From the NCBI GenBank assembly GCA_947564465.1, contig CANOCV010000010.1:6027-70026 (forward strand): a stretch of DNA of 64,000 nt. The letters are read 5' to 3'. Position numbers and translations under genes: made by a program. The stretch comes from an uncultured Roseburia sp. Its GTDB lineage: Bacteria; Bacillota; Clostridia; Lachnospirales; Lachnospiraceae. The notes under the pieces are model-generated. The model had not been told where the DNA came from. It searched no databases and was given only the letters and a program-made list of their open reading frames with translations. Positions 48,782-59,213 of the stretch are shown in pieces (positions within the stretch are counted from its first letter, which is position 1; each line of letters begins with the position of its first letter).

Positions 48782-49963
48782 CTATTTTTCCAATTCTGTA
48801 CTATTCTTCATACTTCTAAACGAAAAACCCACCAAACACAAAAATATGATGTTAATCGGCTTCCCAAAAAAAGTAAATACATTTTCAAATAATTCAATGC
48901 CAACATAAATAATGGTCGTTACCAAAATAAAATAATTATTTACATTCGGATATTGCCGATAATTTTTGATGGAATGTATCAATATATAAATCATAAAAAT
49001 GATAAACATGATAAAAGGCAATATTCCGTACCGCAATAACCAATTAAAAAATTCACCGTTAGAGTTTAAAGAACTATCAGCATTTCCAATCCATGTCGCA
49101 TTCTGAAGTATATTTTTCCAAATATCGTCTCTTCCTGATAAGATATTAAACACACCCCATTTATGAAGGAAAAAATTCAATAGCATCTCATAATTGCTGA
49201 AAATCATATATAAAATAGCAACTAAAATTACAGACAATATTAAAAAATGCTTTTTTTTAAGTTTCCTGTTTTTAAATATAAAAATACCAAACTCATTGTG
49301 CAGATAAAAAATTAAAAACAATAAAATTGCAAGAACACAAAGCAGCGCTATTGTCCGTGACGAAGAAAGAGCCACAAATACCAAAGATATTCCCAGCAAA
49401 AGCAGGCTAATCCATTTCCAAAGTTTATTTTTACTAATCAGAAACAGATAACACGCGCCCAATATTCCCCCCATTAATGTCATTGCAAACTGATTGGAAT
49501 TAATATTTGTTCCCTGATAATACACAAATGTATTTATTCCAACCTGAAAAAAACATCGGTAAGCAAGATATGCATTGATTAGCACTGCTGCAATTGCTAA
49601 TTCAACAATTGACATGCTTCCGTTTTCTACGATAATAAAATAGAAAATAAACATCAATAAATGCCTTAAGATAATGTCGTAACTGATATTTCCTCCAATA
49701 ATTGCCGGTATAAAGCTAAGCAGCAAAAATAAATATATTACCGCGAATTGTAAGATTTCCCTCCTCAGTATTAACTTTTTTTGTGAGAGAAGAAATCCTG
49801 TCGCAAGCGAACAAATAATAATCACTCCCACTCCCAACGGATGTAAATATGAACTATACGATTTTCTTGCATCGCAGGGAATAATAAAAACGGCAAACAA
49901 TGCAATAATGTATATATACCTTACAAATTTTACTTTTAACTGTTTCACATTTATAGTGTTCAT
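48782..49963 (-). CDS. Wzy/O-antigen-ligase-like polysaccharide polymerase
   Basis: 393 aa, at least 10 TM segments, with a mid-protein loop (SSSRTIAL). Located between the glycosyltransferases and Wzx. Confidence 0.6.
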   Translation of the reverse strand: MNTINVKQLKVKFVRYIYIIALFAVFIIPCDARKSYSSYLHPLGVGVIIICSLATGFLLSQKKLILRREILQFAVIYLFLLLSFIPAIIGGNISYDIILRHLLMFIFYFIIVENGSMSIVELAIAAVLINAYLAYRCFFQVGINTFVYYQGTNINSNQFAMTLMGGILGACYLFLISKNKLWKWISLLLLGISLVFVALSSSRTIALLCVLAILLFLIFYLHNEFGIFIFKNRKLKKKHFLILSVILVAILYMIFSNYEMLLNFFLHKWGVFNILSGRDDIWKNILQNATWIGNADSSLNSNGEFFNWLLRYGILPFIMFIIFMIYILIHSIKNYRQYPNVNNYFILVTTIIYVGIELFENVFTFFGKPINIIFLCLVGFSFRSMKNSTELEK

Positions 49964-49964
49964 T

Positions 49965-51014
49965 TCACTTCCTCTTTTTACGATTTTTTTTCTGACGATA
50001 TTTTATAAATACCTCTAACAGATAAAAACATCTAAATTTTATCAGGACAAATTTTGTCCTCTCAATAATTCCGGTAAAATCATTCACATTTAAGACATGT
50101 ACGGCCTTTTTTATATTCAACTTTATATAATCCTCTTTTGCTTCTTTCCTGTTGATTTTTCTTTTATTCGGATTTTGAAAGTTAAAATAATCAAGATAAA
50201 GAATCTCAAAATACTGCAGATACCTTAACATGTACTTTATATGTTTACTGTCCAATCCCTCCCTGGAATTCTCCTTCAAAAATGTATCTACCGCGTTTAT
50301 AAACGCATATGCCCGAGATCTGGCCGTTGTACTGTATTTGTTACAAATTGATTCGAAATTTTGATAGTAAACATACGAATTCAGTTTTTTATATTTCACA
50401 GACTGTGTTCTGCAAAAAGCATAAACCATAAATGCTCTATCCTGGGACTTTCGCAAATTAGAATCAAATTTCAAATTATTATCGAATAAAAATTTTCTCC
50501 TGAATGCCTTTGCCCAGACCGCACCGGCAAAATAATCCGGATATTTTTTCCCGCAAAACAATGAATTTCTAATCAGTTCATTTACATCTGGCGGCTCTTC
50601 TTTATCACTGATTTGTACTCGTATCTTGTTCTCACGCGCATCCATCCTCGTATAATCAAATAAAATAATATCCTCATTTGAATCTTGCAGTTCTTCTATA
50701 CAAGTCCAAAAATCATCGTTTATAAAATCATCCGGATCTACAAACACAAGGTATTGTCCCTTACTTTTAACAATTCCGTAATTCCTCGCCACCGAGACGC
50801 CCTGATTGTCCTGATGATAAACGCTTATTCTGGGATCCATTTCAGAGAGCGCATCGCACTCTCCGCGAACTTCACGAGCAGAACCGTCGTCCACTAATAT
50901 AATTTCAATGTCTTTCCTCTTACATTTCAAAATACAATCCACACATCGTCTTAATAAATTAGTCGGTGTATTATATACCGGAATGATAAACGAGATAAGC
51001 ATTTCATATTCCAT
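49965..51014 (-). CDS. family 2 glycosyltransferase
   Basis: ISFIIPVYNTPTNLLRRCVDCIL....ILVDDGS....VFVDPDD (DxD). Start at MEYEM with GGAGGA RBS. Confidence 0.85.
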   Translation of the reverse strand: MEYEMLISFIIPVYNTPTNLLRRCVDCILKCKRKDIEIILVDDGSAREVRGECDALSEMDPRISVYHQDNQGVSVARNYGIVKSKGQYLVFVDPDDFINDDFWTCIEELQDSNEDIILFDYTRMDARENKIRVQISDKEEPPDVNELIRNSLFCGKKYPDYFAGAVWAKAFRRKFLFDNNLKFDSNLRKSQDRAFMVYAFCRTQSVKYKKLNSYVYYQNFESICNKYSTTARSRAYAFINAVDTFLKENSREGLDSKHIKYMLRYLQYFEILYLDYFNFQNPNKRKINRKEAKEDYIKLNIKKAVHVLNVNDFTGIIERTKFVLIKFRCFYLLEVFIKYRQKKNRKKRK

Positions 51015-51045
51015 CAAATTATCCTCCATACTATATTGTCCCAGG

Positions 51046-51972
51046 CTATATACGCTTAAAAAAACGGACGGCCGTCTTCTTCAAAAATTTTCCAAAATAT
51101 GACCTATATTCCGGACTCTTTATAGAAAAACGCACATAGTTCAATATTCGTATCAAGCTAAGCCATATCAAAAAAATTCTGGGCGATTTAAGATATTTTC
51201 TGCAATAATATATCTCAGATTCTACAAAAGCCGCATACGCCGCCGGCCTGTTGGCAGCCGTAGAGTATCCATGATGATGAATCACTGTATATTCCGGGAT
51301 AATATATGTATCATAGCCTTTCATTTCCATTTTGCAGGAAATAATATTTTCTTCTTCATACAAGAAGGTATTTTCATCAAAGCAGCCGATTTTTTTTACA
51401 CATTCACTGCGAAACATAAAACAGCATCCGGATACGCCAAACACTCGAAGCGGAAAAGTGTATTTATCAATATCTATATGAAAATTGTCGCAAAAACGCT
51501 TAGATGCGAAACCCAACGGTGTATTTCTTAAAATCCATAAATATTTCCCTGGCAAAGTCATCTTACAGCCAAGGTTCGTCTCCTGCGTCTTACCGCCCGG
51601 CAAAACAATTTTAGGCGCGGCGATACCGGCCTTATCGTTGTTTTCAAGAAACTCCGACAGCCCCGTAAGAACGTCACCGGTAAAGATAATGTCGTTATTG
51701 GCTATCAAAATATAATCACAATGATCCTTTAACGCTTCTTTTATTCCAATGTTATTTCCCGCGGAATATCCTCTGTTTTCTTTCGCTCTGAAATATGTTA
51801 TGTTCCCGTTTTCTTTTACTACTTTTTTTATTCCCTCAGTAGGCAGCGTTTCGGAATGATTGTCCACTAAATATATTTTGTATGACGTTTCGATAGGAGA
51901 AGATAAAATACTATTTACACACTTCTCCGTCACATCCCATGTATTGTATGTTAAAATTACGATACCTGTCAT
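51046..51972 (-). CDS. family 2 glycosyltransferase
   Basis: GIVILTYNTWDVTEKCVNSIL...YLVDNHS...GYSAGNNIG...IANNDI. Confidence 0.85.
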   Translation of the reverse strand: MTGIVILTYNTWDVTEKCVNSILSSPIETSYKIYLVDNHSETLPTEGIKKVVKENGNITYFRAKENRGYSAGNNIGIKEALKDHCDYILIANNDIIFTGDVLTGLSEFLENNDKAGIAAPKIVLPGGKTQETNLGCKMTLPGKYLWILRNTPLGFASKRFCDNFHIDIDKYTFPLRVFGVSGCCFMFRSECVKKIGCFDENTFLYEEENIISCKMEMKGYDTYIIPEYTVIHHHGYSTAANRPAAYAAFVESEIYYCRKYLKSPRIFLIWLSLIRILNYVRFSIKSPEYRSYFGKFLKKTAVRFFKRI

Positions 51973-51973
51973 A

Positions 51974-53149
51974 TCAGTTTTCCTTATCCATATACAAAGC
52001 CTTACTCCACGCTTCTATAATTTGTTTATTTGCAAATGTTGTTTCGGATAAACGAATTGAATTTCTCTGATACTCTATCAATGCTTTCTTATTTTCTAAT
52101 AAAAAACTGATTTTTTCAGACAGAAATTTTACAACACTGCCTTCAACATAATTGTTATATAAATGATTCTTTCTTTTTCGTTTTAACCTTGCATTTAAGG
52201 TATTATCCGCATTCCAATAACGCACTGGCGGCTCCAGCAAAAAACCATTGTAATCATTTTTTACAATTTCATTAATTGCATAGACGTCTGTGGCTAGAAA
52301 AGAACATCCATATTTCAATGCTTCCAGTAATGTTAATGGGAAGCTGTCCATTCTTGTCATATGAATCAAAATATTTGCTTTTTCATAAAAAGCATTCAAT
52401 TCATTCTTCGTAAATGTAAAATCATAAAGAGAAACATTCGATAATCCCCTTAATTTATCCAGAGTTTGCCTCTCCAAGGAGTCGAGTTTTGTAATAATAT
52501 CAAAATGGAGCTTCTTATTTTTATCCCACTCATTTTTCTCGATTGCATCGAGAAGCTCCCCTCCGCCTTTCAAATAAAACTGTGAAGATATATACAAGCA
52601 ATGAATAACAGAAGAATTTATTTTTTTTTCAAATTCTGTATTTGTAATCTCATCCTTCACATATGGATAGATCTGTTTTATTTCCAGTGATTTCGGAATA
52701 TTATAATATTTTGGAATGGTCTCAAAACAAGCCTTATTTAAGCACACAATAGATTTCAGGTTTGTATCTATAAACGAGCGTTTCAAATTCCTCTTACCTA
52801 ATATAGAACAGGCTCTCTTCGGCTGATAATGAACTAATGCAATCGGACTTTCCAACACCAGCACATACGGTCTGTTCGTTTTTAAAAATCTGTTATAGCT
52901 CAAAAATCCATCTGCAAAATCACTTTCTGTCCGCACACTCTGATAAACTCCTAAAACGTTCCAGATTTTCCATTGGCTTAAGTTCCACATTATACTTTTT
53001 GAATTTTGAGAGATGTTATCGTTTTGCCTCTTCTCTGAAATAATAAATTCAATATTTTTCACATCTGCATGAAACAAGCTATTCCAAAAACCTCTGTTTG
53101 CATGTACCGGAATGATTTTAACCGTTTTCTTTTTGGTGTCGTCTACCAT
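51974..53149 (-). CDS. family 4 (GT-B, Glycos_transf_1) glycosyltransferase
   Basis: C-terminal MDSFPLTLLEALKYGCSFLATDV resembles the E(x7)E GT4 motif. Confidence 0.7.
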   Translation of the reverse strand: MVDDTKKKTVKIIPVHANRGFWNSLFHADVKNIEFIISEKRQNDNISQNSKSIMWNLSQWKIWNVLGVYQSVRTESDFADGFLSYNRFLKTNRPYVLVLESPIALVHYQPKRACSILGKRNLKRSFIDTNLKSIVCLNKACFETIPKYYNIPKSLEIKQIYPYVKDEITNTEFEKKINSSVIHCLYISSQFYLKGGGELLDAIEKNEWDKNKKLHFDIITKLDSLERQTLDKLRGLSNVSLYDFTFTKNELNAFYEKANILIHMTRMDSFPLTLLEALKYGCSFLATDVYAINEIVKNDYNGFLLEPPVRYWNADNTLNARLKRKRKNHLYNNYVEGSVVKFLSEKISFLLENKKALIEYQRNSIRLSETTFANKQIIEAWSKALYMDKEN

Positions 53150-53150
53150 C

Positions 53151-54359
53151 CTAACGCTCCCCTTCTATCATTTCGAAAATTGTTTGATATGAAGTTTTTC
53201 TGTCAAACATTTCTTCTCCCATTCTTCTGTTGTTTTTTCCCATTTCCAGTCTCTTCTCCCTGTCAGTCACTAAATCCATGATTTGTTTCGCAAGCTCCCC
53301 CGCATTTCCATTTTCACAATTGATACCTGCATGATATCTACTCAGTAATTCTCTGTATTCCGGGCACTCCTGTGTACTGATTACCGGAAGGCCCGCCGCT
53401 GCATAATCGCCAACTTTATTTATAATGCTCTGCGCCGCCCCGTGCATAATCGGATTCACCGCTATATCACATTCCGTGAGACGTGTTATCATCTCTGTAT
53501 ACTCTAATCTTCCGGTATATTCCACATCCACGCCCAAGTATCTGCTGTACGCTTCAAATTTTTTGCGAAGCGGTCCGTCGCCTATCACACGGAAGCGTAT
53601 ATTATTTATTTTCTTTTCCTTCAGCGCTTTCAGCGCGTCAAATACAATCGTCAAATCGTAACTATGTCCAAGCGCCCCCACATATACCAGACGTACCACC
53701 GCGTCATTTTTACTTAACTTTTCTTTTGCCGCGTATTGGTCAAACACTGCCAATTCCGTACCTAAGTAAACAGCCAGTCCCTTTTCACATTTTTTACTTA
53801 CACTTAGCGCCCGATTCATGTAGGTTTCGGATACGGCCACAATCTTATCCGCGTTACGATATATATAATCAGCCCTTCTTTTCATAGGCGCAAACAACAG
53901 ATTGCTTAAAAGCGGAATATCAATTACCATCTGAAAAGCTTCCGGCCATAAATCCTGTATGTCAATGATAAGTTTTATCCCCTCTGTCCCTGCATACTTT
54001 GTTACTACACCTGCCACGTCTAACGACGGAACCGAACAATAGATGACATCAGGATGTTTCCTTATTTTTAGATACTGCCTCACGCGTTTGGCAAACCCCG
54101 CATGACTTATCAAACGCCCGACAGATACGTTTTTCCTGTAACCGGGTTCCTCAAGCATTGTCAATCTATATGGCAATTCCTCTATCTGCTCCTGCGATAT
54201 AATCCTTCGCTGTTTACGGCTATGCGAAAACGTACTTGTCACCACCTCAACTTTATTATTGTTATCCTGTGCCAGTCTACCGGCAAGGTAATGAAATCTT
54301 CCGTTTCCCTTCTCAAAAGGTGTCTGTGTAAAATGCGCCACCATCAATATATCTCTCAT
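53151..54359 (-). CDS. family 4 (GT-B) glycosyltransferase
   Basis: ILMVAHFTQTPFEKGNGRFHYLA N-terminus. RLVYVGALGHSYD..., NPIMHGAAQSIINKVGDYAAAGLPVIS C-terminal half. Confidence 0.7.
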   Translation of the reverse strand: MRDILMVAHFTQTPFEKGNGRFHYLAGRLAQDNNNKVEVVTSTFSHSRKQRRIISQEQIEELPYRLTMLEEPGYRKNVSVGRLISHAGFAKRVRQYLKIRKHPDVIYCSVPSLDVAGVVTKYAGTEGIKLIIDIQDLWPEAFQMVIDIPLLSNLLFAPMKRRADYIYRNADKIVAVSETYMNRALSVSKKCEKGLAVYLGTELAVFDQYAAKEKLSKNDAVVRLVYVGALGHSYDLTIVFDALKALKEKKINNIRFRVIGDGPLRKKFEAYSRYLGVDVEYTGRLEYTEMITRLTECDIAVNPIMHGAAQSIINKVGDYAAAGLPVISTQECPEYRELLSRYHAGINCENGNAGELAKQIMDLVTDREKRLEMGKNNRRMGEEMFDRKTSYQTIFEMIEGER

Positions 54360-54381
54360 GAAACTGTATACTCCTTACATA

Positions 54382-55362
54382 TTACTGCCTGTACGCCGGA
54401 AAATATCCCTTGCTGTCCGGCTCGACGCCTCCCTTAATGCAAAGCTTTTCATAAATATCCCGATTCCACACCTTACGCCCTATGTAAAAATCAAATTCTG
54501 TATTTTGTCCGAACTGCTTTTTAAATGTATACAGACTATCCTCTAAATCACCGGAACGTCCCCCTCCATGATGAATCAGGCTATATCCTTTTTCCTTCCC
54601 CCACAGAGTCACCGCATATCTCAAAACATACGCCGGGGATAAATGCAGATATTCGCTGAGCGTGCCCGAAAGATGTATATGAATTACATTTTCCCATGCA
54701 AAGTAAAAGCCGGCAGCAATCACCTTCCCCTCATACAACGCTTCCACTAATATGATGTTGTCCCTAAAATACTTCAGACACCGTTCAAAATAATCATCCG
54801 AAAAATAATAATACTCACCTGCCCCGTTTCTTCTCATAGTGGAATAATATACTTCTTTGAAACCTGATATATCATCCGGCCTCTCTGTGATGCGATAAGT
54901 GATGCCATCTCTGATTGCCCGACGGATTCTCTTTCTGCAGCTTTTGGAAAATTCTTCCGAAACCGGATCCTCATAAGCATCAAGATTCGTCCCTACCGTT
55001 TTTCTGTCAAGTTTCGCATCATAAACCTTCTGAAAATCTACGCCGTTCCCAACAATCGGATGAAAACGAATAAACTCACTGACAATATTATGTTCTCTAC
55101 AATACTCTGCAAACTCTCTCTCATAAGCGTCTAACAACGCGTCTTTTTTTCCCGGCTCACACTCTGCAATCACCGGTCCTCCATATCCATATGGGGAAAC
55201 AATGTCATAATATTGTTCGCCATTGATTTTTGTATGGATTGCACGCAATATAAACATATGATTCACAATTCCATAAGCTGTGCCGATTTTCTTGCAAATC
55301 GCTTTTCCATCCTCTATCGGTTCATTGACAATCCCATACTCTTTCTGAAAATATATATCCAT
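54382..55362 (-). CDS. FemAB/GNAT-fold acyl- or aminoacyl-transferase-like protein
   Basis: About 325 aa. MDIYFQKEYG...YDIVSPYGYGGP...EF.KS.RK.I..A resembles FemX-like 'peptidoglycan bridge formation' proteins seen in polysaccharide loci. Assignment by pattern only. Start at the internal ATG with GGAGA RBS. Confidence 0.45.
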   Translation of the reverse strand: MDIYFQKEYGIVNEPIEDGKAICKKIGTAYGIVNHMFILRAIHTKINGEQYYDIVSPYGYGGPVIAECEPGKKDALLDAYEREFAEYCREHNIVSEFIRFHPIVGNGVDFQKVYDAKLDRKTVGTNLDAYEDPVSEEFSKSCRKRIRRAIRDGITYRITERPDDISGFKEVYYSTMRRNGAGEYYYFSDDYFERCLKYFRDNIILVEALYEGKVIAAGFYFAWENVIHIHLSGTLSEYLHLSPAYVLRYAVTLWGKEKGYSLIHHGGGRSGDLEDSLYTFKKQFGQNTEFDFYIGRKVWNRDIYEKLCIKGGVEPDSKGYFPAYRQ

Positions 55363-55399
55363 CAAACCGTCTCCATACATACGATAAATGACTGCTGTC

Positions 55400-56155
55400 T
55401 CATTCTTCGGAAATAATATGCTTCACAACATCCTGCATCAGATAAGCGCCTTTTTTGTTTTCAATGTATTCAGCCGCAAGAAGCGCCCCATTCGCAAATG
55501 CCATCCTTGAAAACGATTCATGCTCAATTGTTATCTTTTCGTAACCATTAGACGCAGTTACCTCATGTACTCCAACGTAACCATTCAATCGAACCGAATG
55601 TATAGGTACATCCTCCTTATCAATCGCCTGTGAAATCATACGGGCAGTAGTCGTAACCGGAGCCTTATCCTTTGGATGACGCTCTATAATTTCAAAATCA
55701 AAGTCGGGAAAAACCTTTGATAAGCGTTTCACAAAATCCATCAAAAGATTAATTCCGACTGTCAGGTTCGGTGCGTATACAACTCCTATATTTAACTTTT
55801 CCGAAAGATCCTGAAATTTGCTAATTTCCTCAATGGAATGATTTGTGGTACAGATCACCAGATTAGCTTTCAGATTTCCACACAATTCAATCAAAGGAAA
55901 CGCCATATCGCGATGGGAAAAATCAATGACGACATCTATGTCGTAAGCATTTTGGCTGTCCAAAATTTTTTCAGGCGACGTAATTACAATTCCGACCGTT
56001 CTTCCTTTCCCATACAAAATTTCCCCAATATCCATTCCCTGTTTTGTACTGGTGCTTCTGCATATGACTGTCTGTAATGTGTGCGCATTATGATCCAAAA
56101 TATTTTTTGCCAATGCCTGTGCCGCTCTTCCAAATCCACAAATTGCAAGCTTCAT
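55400..56155 (-). CDS. DapB-like NAD(P)-dependent oxidoreductase
   Basis: MKLAICGFGRAAQ Rossmann start. ERHPKDKAPVTTTAR resembles the DapB E.HH..K.DAPSGTA motif. AGGAGGAAA RBS. Confidence 0.5.
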   Translation of the reverse strand: MKLAICGFGRAAQALAKNILDHNAHTLQTVICRSTSTKQGMDIGEILYGKGRTVGIVITSPEKILDSQNAYDIDVVIDFSHRDMAFPLIELCGNLKANLVICTTNHSIEEISKFQDLSEKLNIGVVYAPNLTVGINLLMDFVKRLSKVFPDFDFEIIERHPKDKAPVTTTARMISQAIDKEDVPIHSVRLNGYVGVHEVTASNGYEKITIEHESFSRMAFANGALLAAEYIENKKGAYLMQDVVKHIISEE

Positions 56156-56187
56156 TTCTTTCCTCCTAATTTCATAAATTCATCTCT

Positions 56188-57441
56188 TTAAAATATGAGA
56201 CTATTTACTGACATCAACATTTCTTTGCCATCACAATCTACAACACTCAGCTCTTTATAAATCTCTTCAATGGCCGCCTTCAGTTCCGCATCTCTTCTCT
56301 CTTTCAGGTAGATTCTTGCTAAATCCTTTCCCTTATTTACAGTGTCTCCTACCCATGACGTTTGAATAATATTCACAACATCTGCTCTGGACTCTATCTT
56401 CTCCAGTCCCTTTATAGACGTTATCACTCCACCATTCAGCAATATAGACAGTACCCCTCCGACGCCGTCAAACTTCGGATTGCATACTTCTTTTATTGCC
56501 CGATCTCCCATATGTCCTGTCAGTTGAAAATCAATCAAGTATTCCAATGGGCTATATCCACAAAAAGCCTCTGTAATCTCCGCAAAAGTCCCTCCCATTC
56601 TATAACCCATTTCGCAAATATAAAATTGATTATCCTGATAAAATGCCTGAACAAATATTACTCCATTATTAAATTTTTCGGATTCGAACATTCCGCATAA
56701 TTGTTCTGCAACCTTCTTGGCACAAGCCAGGTGCTCCGATGGGTATTTGAGAAGATTAGCATGATTGATGGGCGTATTTTTTCGATCTTCCGTTACTATT
56801 TTATCTGCCATAGCCGAGAGCATTACCGTTCCGTCTTGTGCAATAAAGTCAAACAAAACATCTGCTCCCGTCATATATTTTTCGATTACAATTTTTTTCT
56901 GTTTCGAATACTTTAACGCCTCTGAAAACGCATTTTTCATCTCCTCCTCATTAAAGCAGATGGTCACTCCCCTTGAGCCACTGCCGTCCACAGGTTTTAT
57001 GACTGCCGGGTACTCGATATTCCTCAAAGCATCCTCATCCGGCATGTTTCCATAGTAATACTCCGGTATTACCTGTATAGAATGCTTTTCGCACATCTGC
57101 TTAAATAATCTTTTATCGGTAGATATTTTTATCTGCTCTTCGGTTCCATAAAAAGGAATGCATGCTTTTTTGCATATTTTTTGCGCCAAAACGGCATTAT
57201 CATCATTAAAACCCGAAATCAGACCATCCGCTCCCGTCCGATATATCAATGCCACCATTTCATCAATATCTGTAACGCTTGTCATAAATGACTCGTCTGC
57301 CAATTTTTTAGCGGGAGAATCACTATAATAATCCGCAACCATTGTATAGACATGATTCTTTTTTGCTACTCTGACTATGTTTGAACTATGCGCGTCTCCC
57401 CTCATAACAAGTAATTTTTTCCCCTTTATTTCATCGATCAT
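56188..57441 (-). CDS. ATP-grasp domain ligase
   Basis: KKLLVMRG...(pre-ATP-grasp), YPAVIKPVDGSGSRGV, IVIEKYM, ICEMGYRMGG. Start at MIDEIKG with AAAGGTGGGG RBS. Confidence 0.75.
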   Translation of the reverse strand: MIDEIKGKKLLVMRGDAHSSNIVRVAKKNHVYTMVADYYSDSPAKKLADESFMTSVTDIDEMVALIYRTGADGLISGFNDDNAVLAQKICKKACIPFYGTEEQIKISTDKRLFKQMCEKHSIQVIPEYYYGNMPDEDALRNIEYPAVIKPVDGSGSRGVTICFNEEEMKNAFSEALKYSKQKKIVIEKYMTGADVLFDFIAQDGTVMLSAMADKIVTEDRKNTPINHANLLKYPSEHLACAKKVAEQLCGMFESEKFNNGVIFVQAFYQDNQFYICEMGYRMGGTFAEITEAFCGYSPLEYLIDFQLTGHMGDRAIKEVCNPKFDGVGGVLSILLNGGVITSIKGLEKIESRADVVNIIQTSWVGDTVNKGKDLARIYLKERRDAELKAAIEEIYKELSVVDCDGKEMLMSVNSLIF

Positions 57442-57485
57442 ATCATTTACCCCACCCTTTACCGTCATATTTTTCTCTGCCTGTA

Positions 57486-58565
57486 CTATGAGATACAATT
57501 TAGAACTTCACAGATATATCGCATTTCTTCCCGCCCATAGCGTTGATCGCATGGAATACACAATATATGACCGTATATGTACCTGCCCGCATCGCTAATA
57601 TTCTGAATGTGTTCATATTTCGGCCAAACTACCGGACAATAAATCTTCTTTTCCGCCAACCTCTCCTGTATGCTTTTCCTTTGGTTCTCCTGTATGATAT
57701 AAATTGGAAAATAAAGCGGTGTTTCATCGTCATTTAATTCTCCCATAACGGGCTTGAAGAAATTGCTCTTTTTTAAATGTCCATACAGATATACATAATT
57801 CCTTTTTCTTGCATTTGTAACAAAATCATAATCTACATGACGCAAAATGCGCTCTGTCGCATCATTGATCCGATAAACATCATCATATTTTATGAACTTG
57901 CTTTTCAGCTTTGAAAAGCTATCCGTAAATTCTTTTTTAGAGACTGTAATTTCACTGTTGATGTAAGCCTTTTTTAATTGAAATGCCCTGTCTGCCAATT
58001 CAATCATTTCCGCAACCGGCGGTCTGCCTGGAACTGTAATTGGAACGCGCGTGGAAAGCAAAACCCCCCCTTCCGGAACGGCAAAAAATTTTCTGAGACT
58101 TGCAACATAAAAGTCTGCGCCTGTCTTTTTAAAGCTCGAAAGAATGCACTGTGTCAAATCCTCAATGACAATAATCTTATTCTGACGGCAATACTCAATG
58201 ATGCTCTCCTTATCACGTAGAGTATTAAATCCAAAATAACTCTGAATATAAAATACTTCCGGCAACGTTTCTGATATTTTTTTCAATATAGCAGAGCTGT
58301 CAATTTCCAGATTTTTTTCTACCGGATAATAAAAAATCTGCCAACCTTCCTTTTCAAACGGAATGACAACCGTCTCACATGTAAATTCCGGGAGCAGCGC
58401 GCGCTTTACTCTCCCATGATTCATTTTTAAAAAAGAGCGAATTGCACTTCTGCCGGAAATATAAAATTTACTGTCAACCGGTTCCATAAGACCGGCAATT
58501 TCAAATTTCCGCTCCTCCCCGGACATAGGATAATCCCAAAAATCACTCCCTATTTCCCGCAGCAT
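57486..58565 (-). CDS. DegT/DnrJ/EryC1-like PLP-dependent enzyme
   Basis: YVASLRKFFAVPEGGVL fits the S..K....GEGG Schiff-base region. About 360 aa. AAGGAG RBS. Confidence 0.55.
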   Translation of the reverse strand: MLREIGSDFWDYPMSGEERKFEIAGLMEPVDSKFYISGRSAIRSFLKMNHGRVKRALLPEFTCETVVIPFEKEGWQIFYYPVEKNLEIDSSAILKKISETLPEVFYIQSYFGFNTLRDKESIIEYCRQNKIIVIEDLTQCILSSFKKTGADFYVASLRKFFAVPEGGVLLSTRVPITVPGRPPVAEMIELADRAFQLKKAYINSEITVSKKEFTDSFSKLKSKFIKYDDVYRINDATERILRHVDYDFVTNARKRNYVYLYGHLKKSNFFKPVMGELNDDETPLYFPIYIIQENQRKSIQERLAEKKIYCPVVWPKYEHIQNISDAGRYIYGHILCIPCDQRYGREEMRYICEVLNCIS

Positions 58566-59211
58566 TCAGTTCATTCTCCTTTAACTGGCAAATTCGATAT
58601 GTATGAAAATCCCCCTGACTTCCCGGTTCCACAATATCCGTCTTTGCAAATACCTTTTTTATCGTCAGACAAATAATTTTAATATCCAGCTTCAACGAAA
58701 TATGTTTTATATATTCAATATCATATTCCAGCCTCTTATCCCAATTTAGAGCCGTTCTTCCATTTACCTGCGCTAACCCTGTTAACCCCGGCAACACATC
58801 ATGTCTGTGTTTTTCCGCATCGCTGTAATATGGCAGATATGCAATTGCAAGCGGCCTGGGTCCCACGATAGACATATCGCCCCTGATAATGTTTATCAAT
58901 TCCGGCAATTCATCCAAGCTTGTCGCTCTAAGCTTTCTGCCAAATGATGTAAGACGTTTTTCATCGGGCAGCATTTTTCCATTTTCATCCTTTGCATTAC
59001 TCATAGACCTGAACTTATACATATCAAATATTTTTTCATCTTTTCCCGGCCTTTGCTGCCTAAAAAGCACCGGGCTGCCAAGCTTAATCCGAACCAAAAT
59101 GGCTGTTATCAGCATGACCGGGCTAAGAACAACAAGCGCTGTCAGAGCAAGCACAAAATCAAGACACCGCTTTATGTATTTTTTATAGATTTCCTTTTTG
59201 TGTTTCTGCAT
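58543..59211 (-). CDS. small monotopic polyprenyl-phosphate sugar-phosphate transferase (PglC/WbaP C-terminal type), initiating enzyme
   Basis: SPVLFRQQRPGKDEKIFDMYKFRSM....DELPELINIIRGDMSIVGPRP. First ATG used. Confidence 0.88.
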   Translation of the reverse strand: MQKHKKEIYKKYIKRCLDFVLALTALVVLSPVMLITAILVRIKLGSPVLFRQQRPGKDEKIFDMYKFRSMSNAKDENGKMLPDEKRLTSFGRKLRATSLDELPELINIIRGDMSIVGPRPLAIAYLPYYSDAEKHRHDVLPGLTGLAQVNGRTALNWDKRLEYDIEYIKHISLKLDIKIICLTIKKVFAKTDIVEPGSQGDFHTYRICQLKENELNAAGNRE

Positions 59212-59213
59212 TC

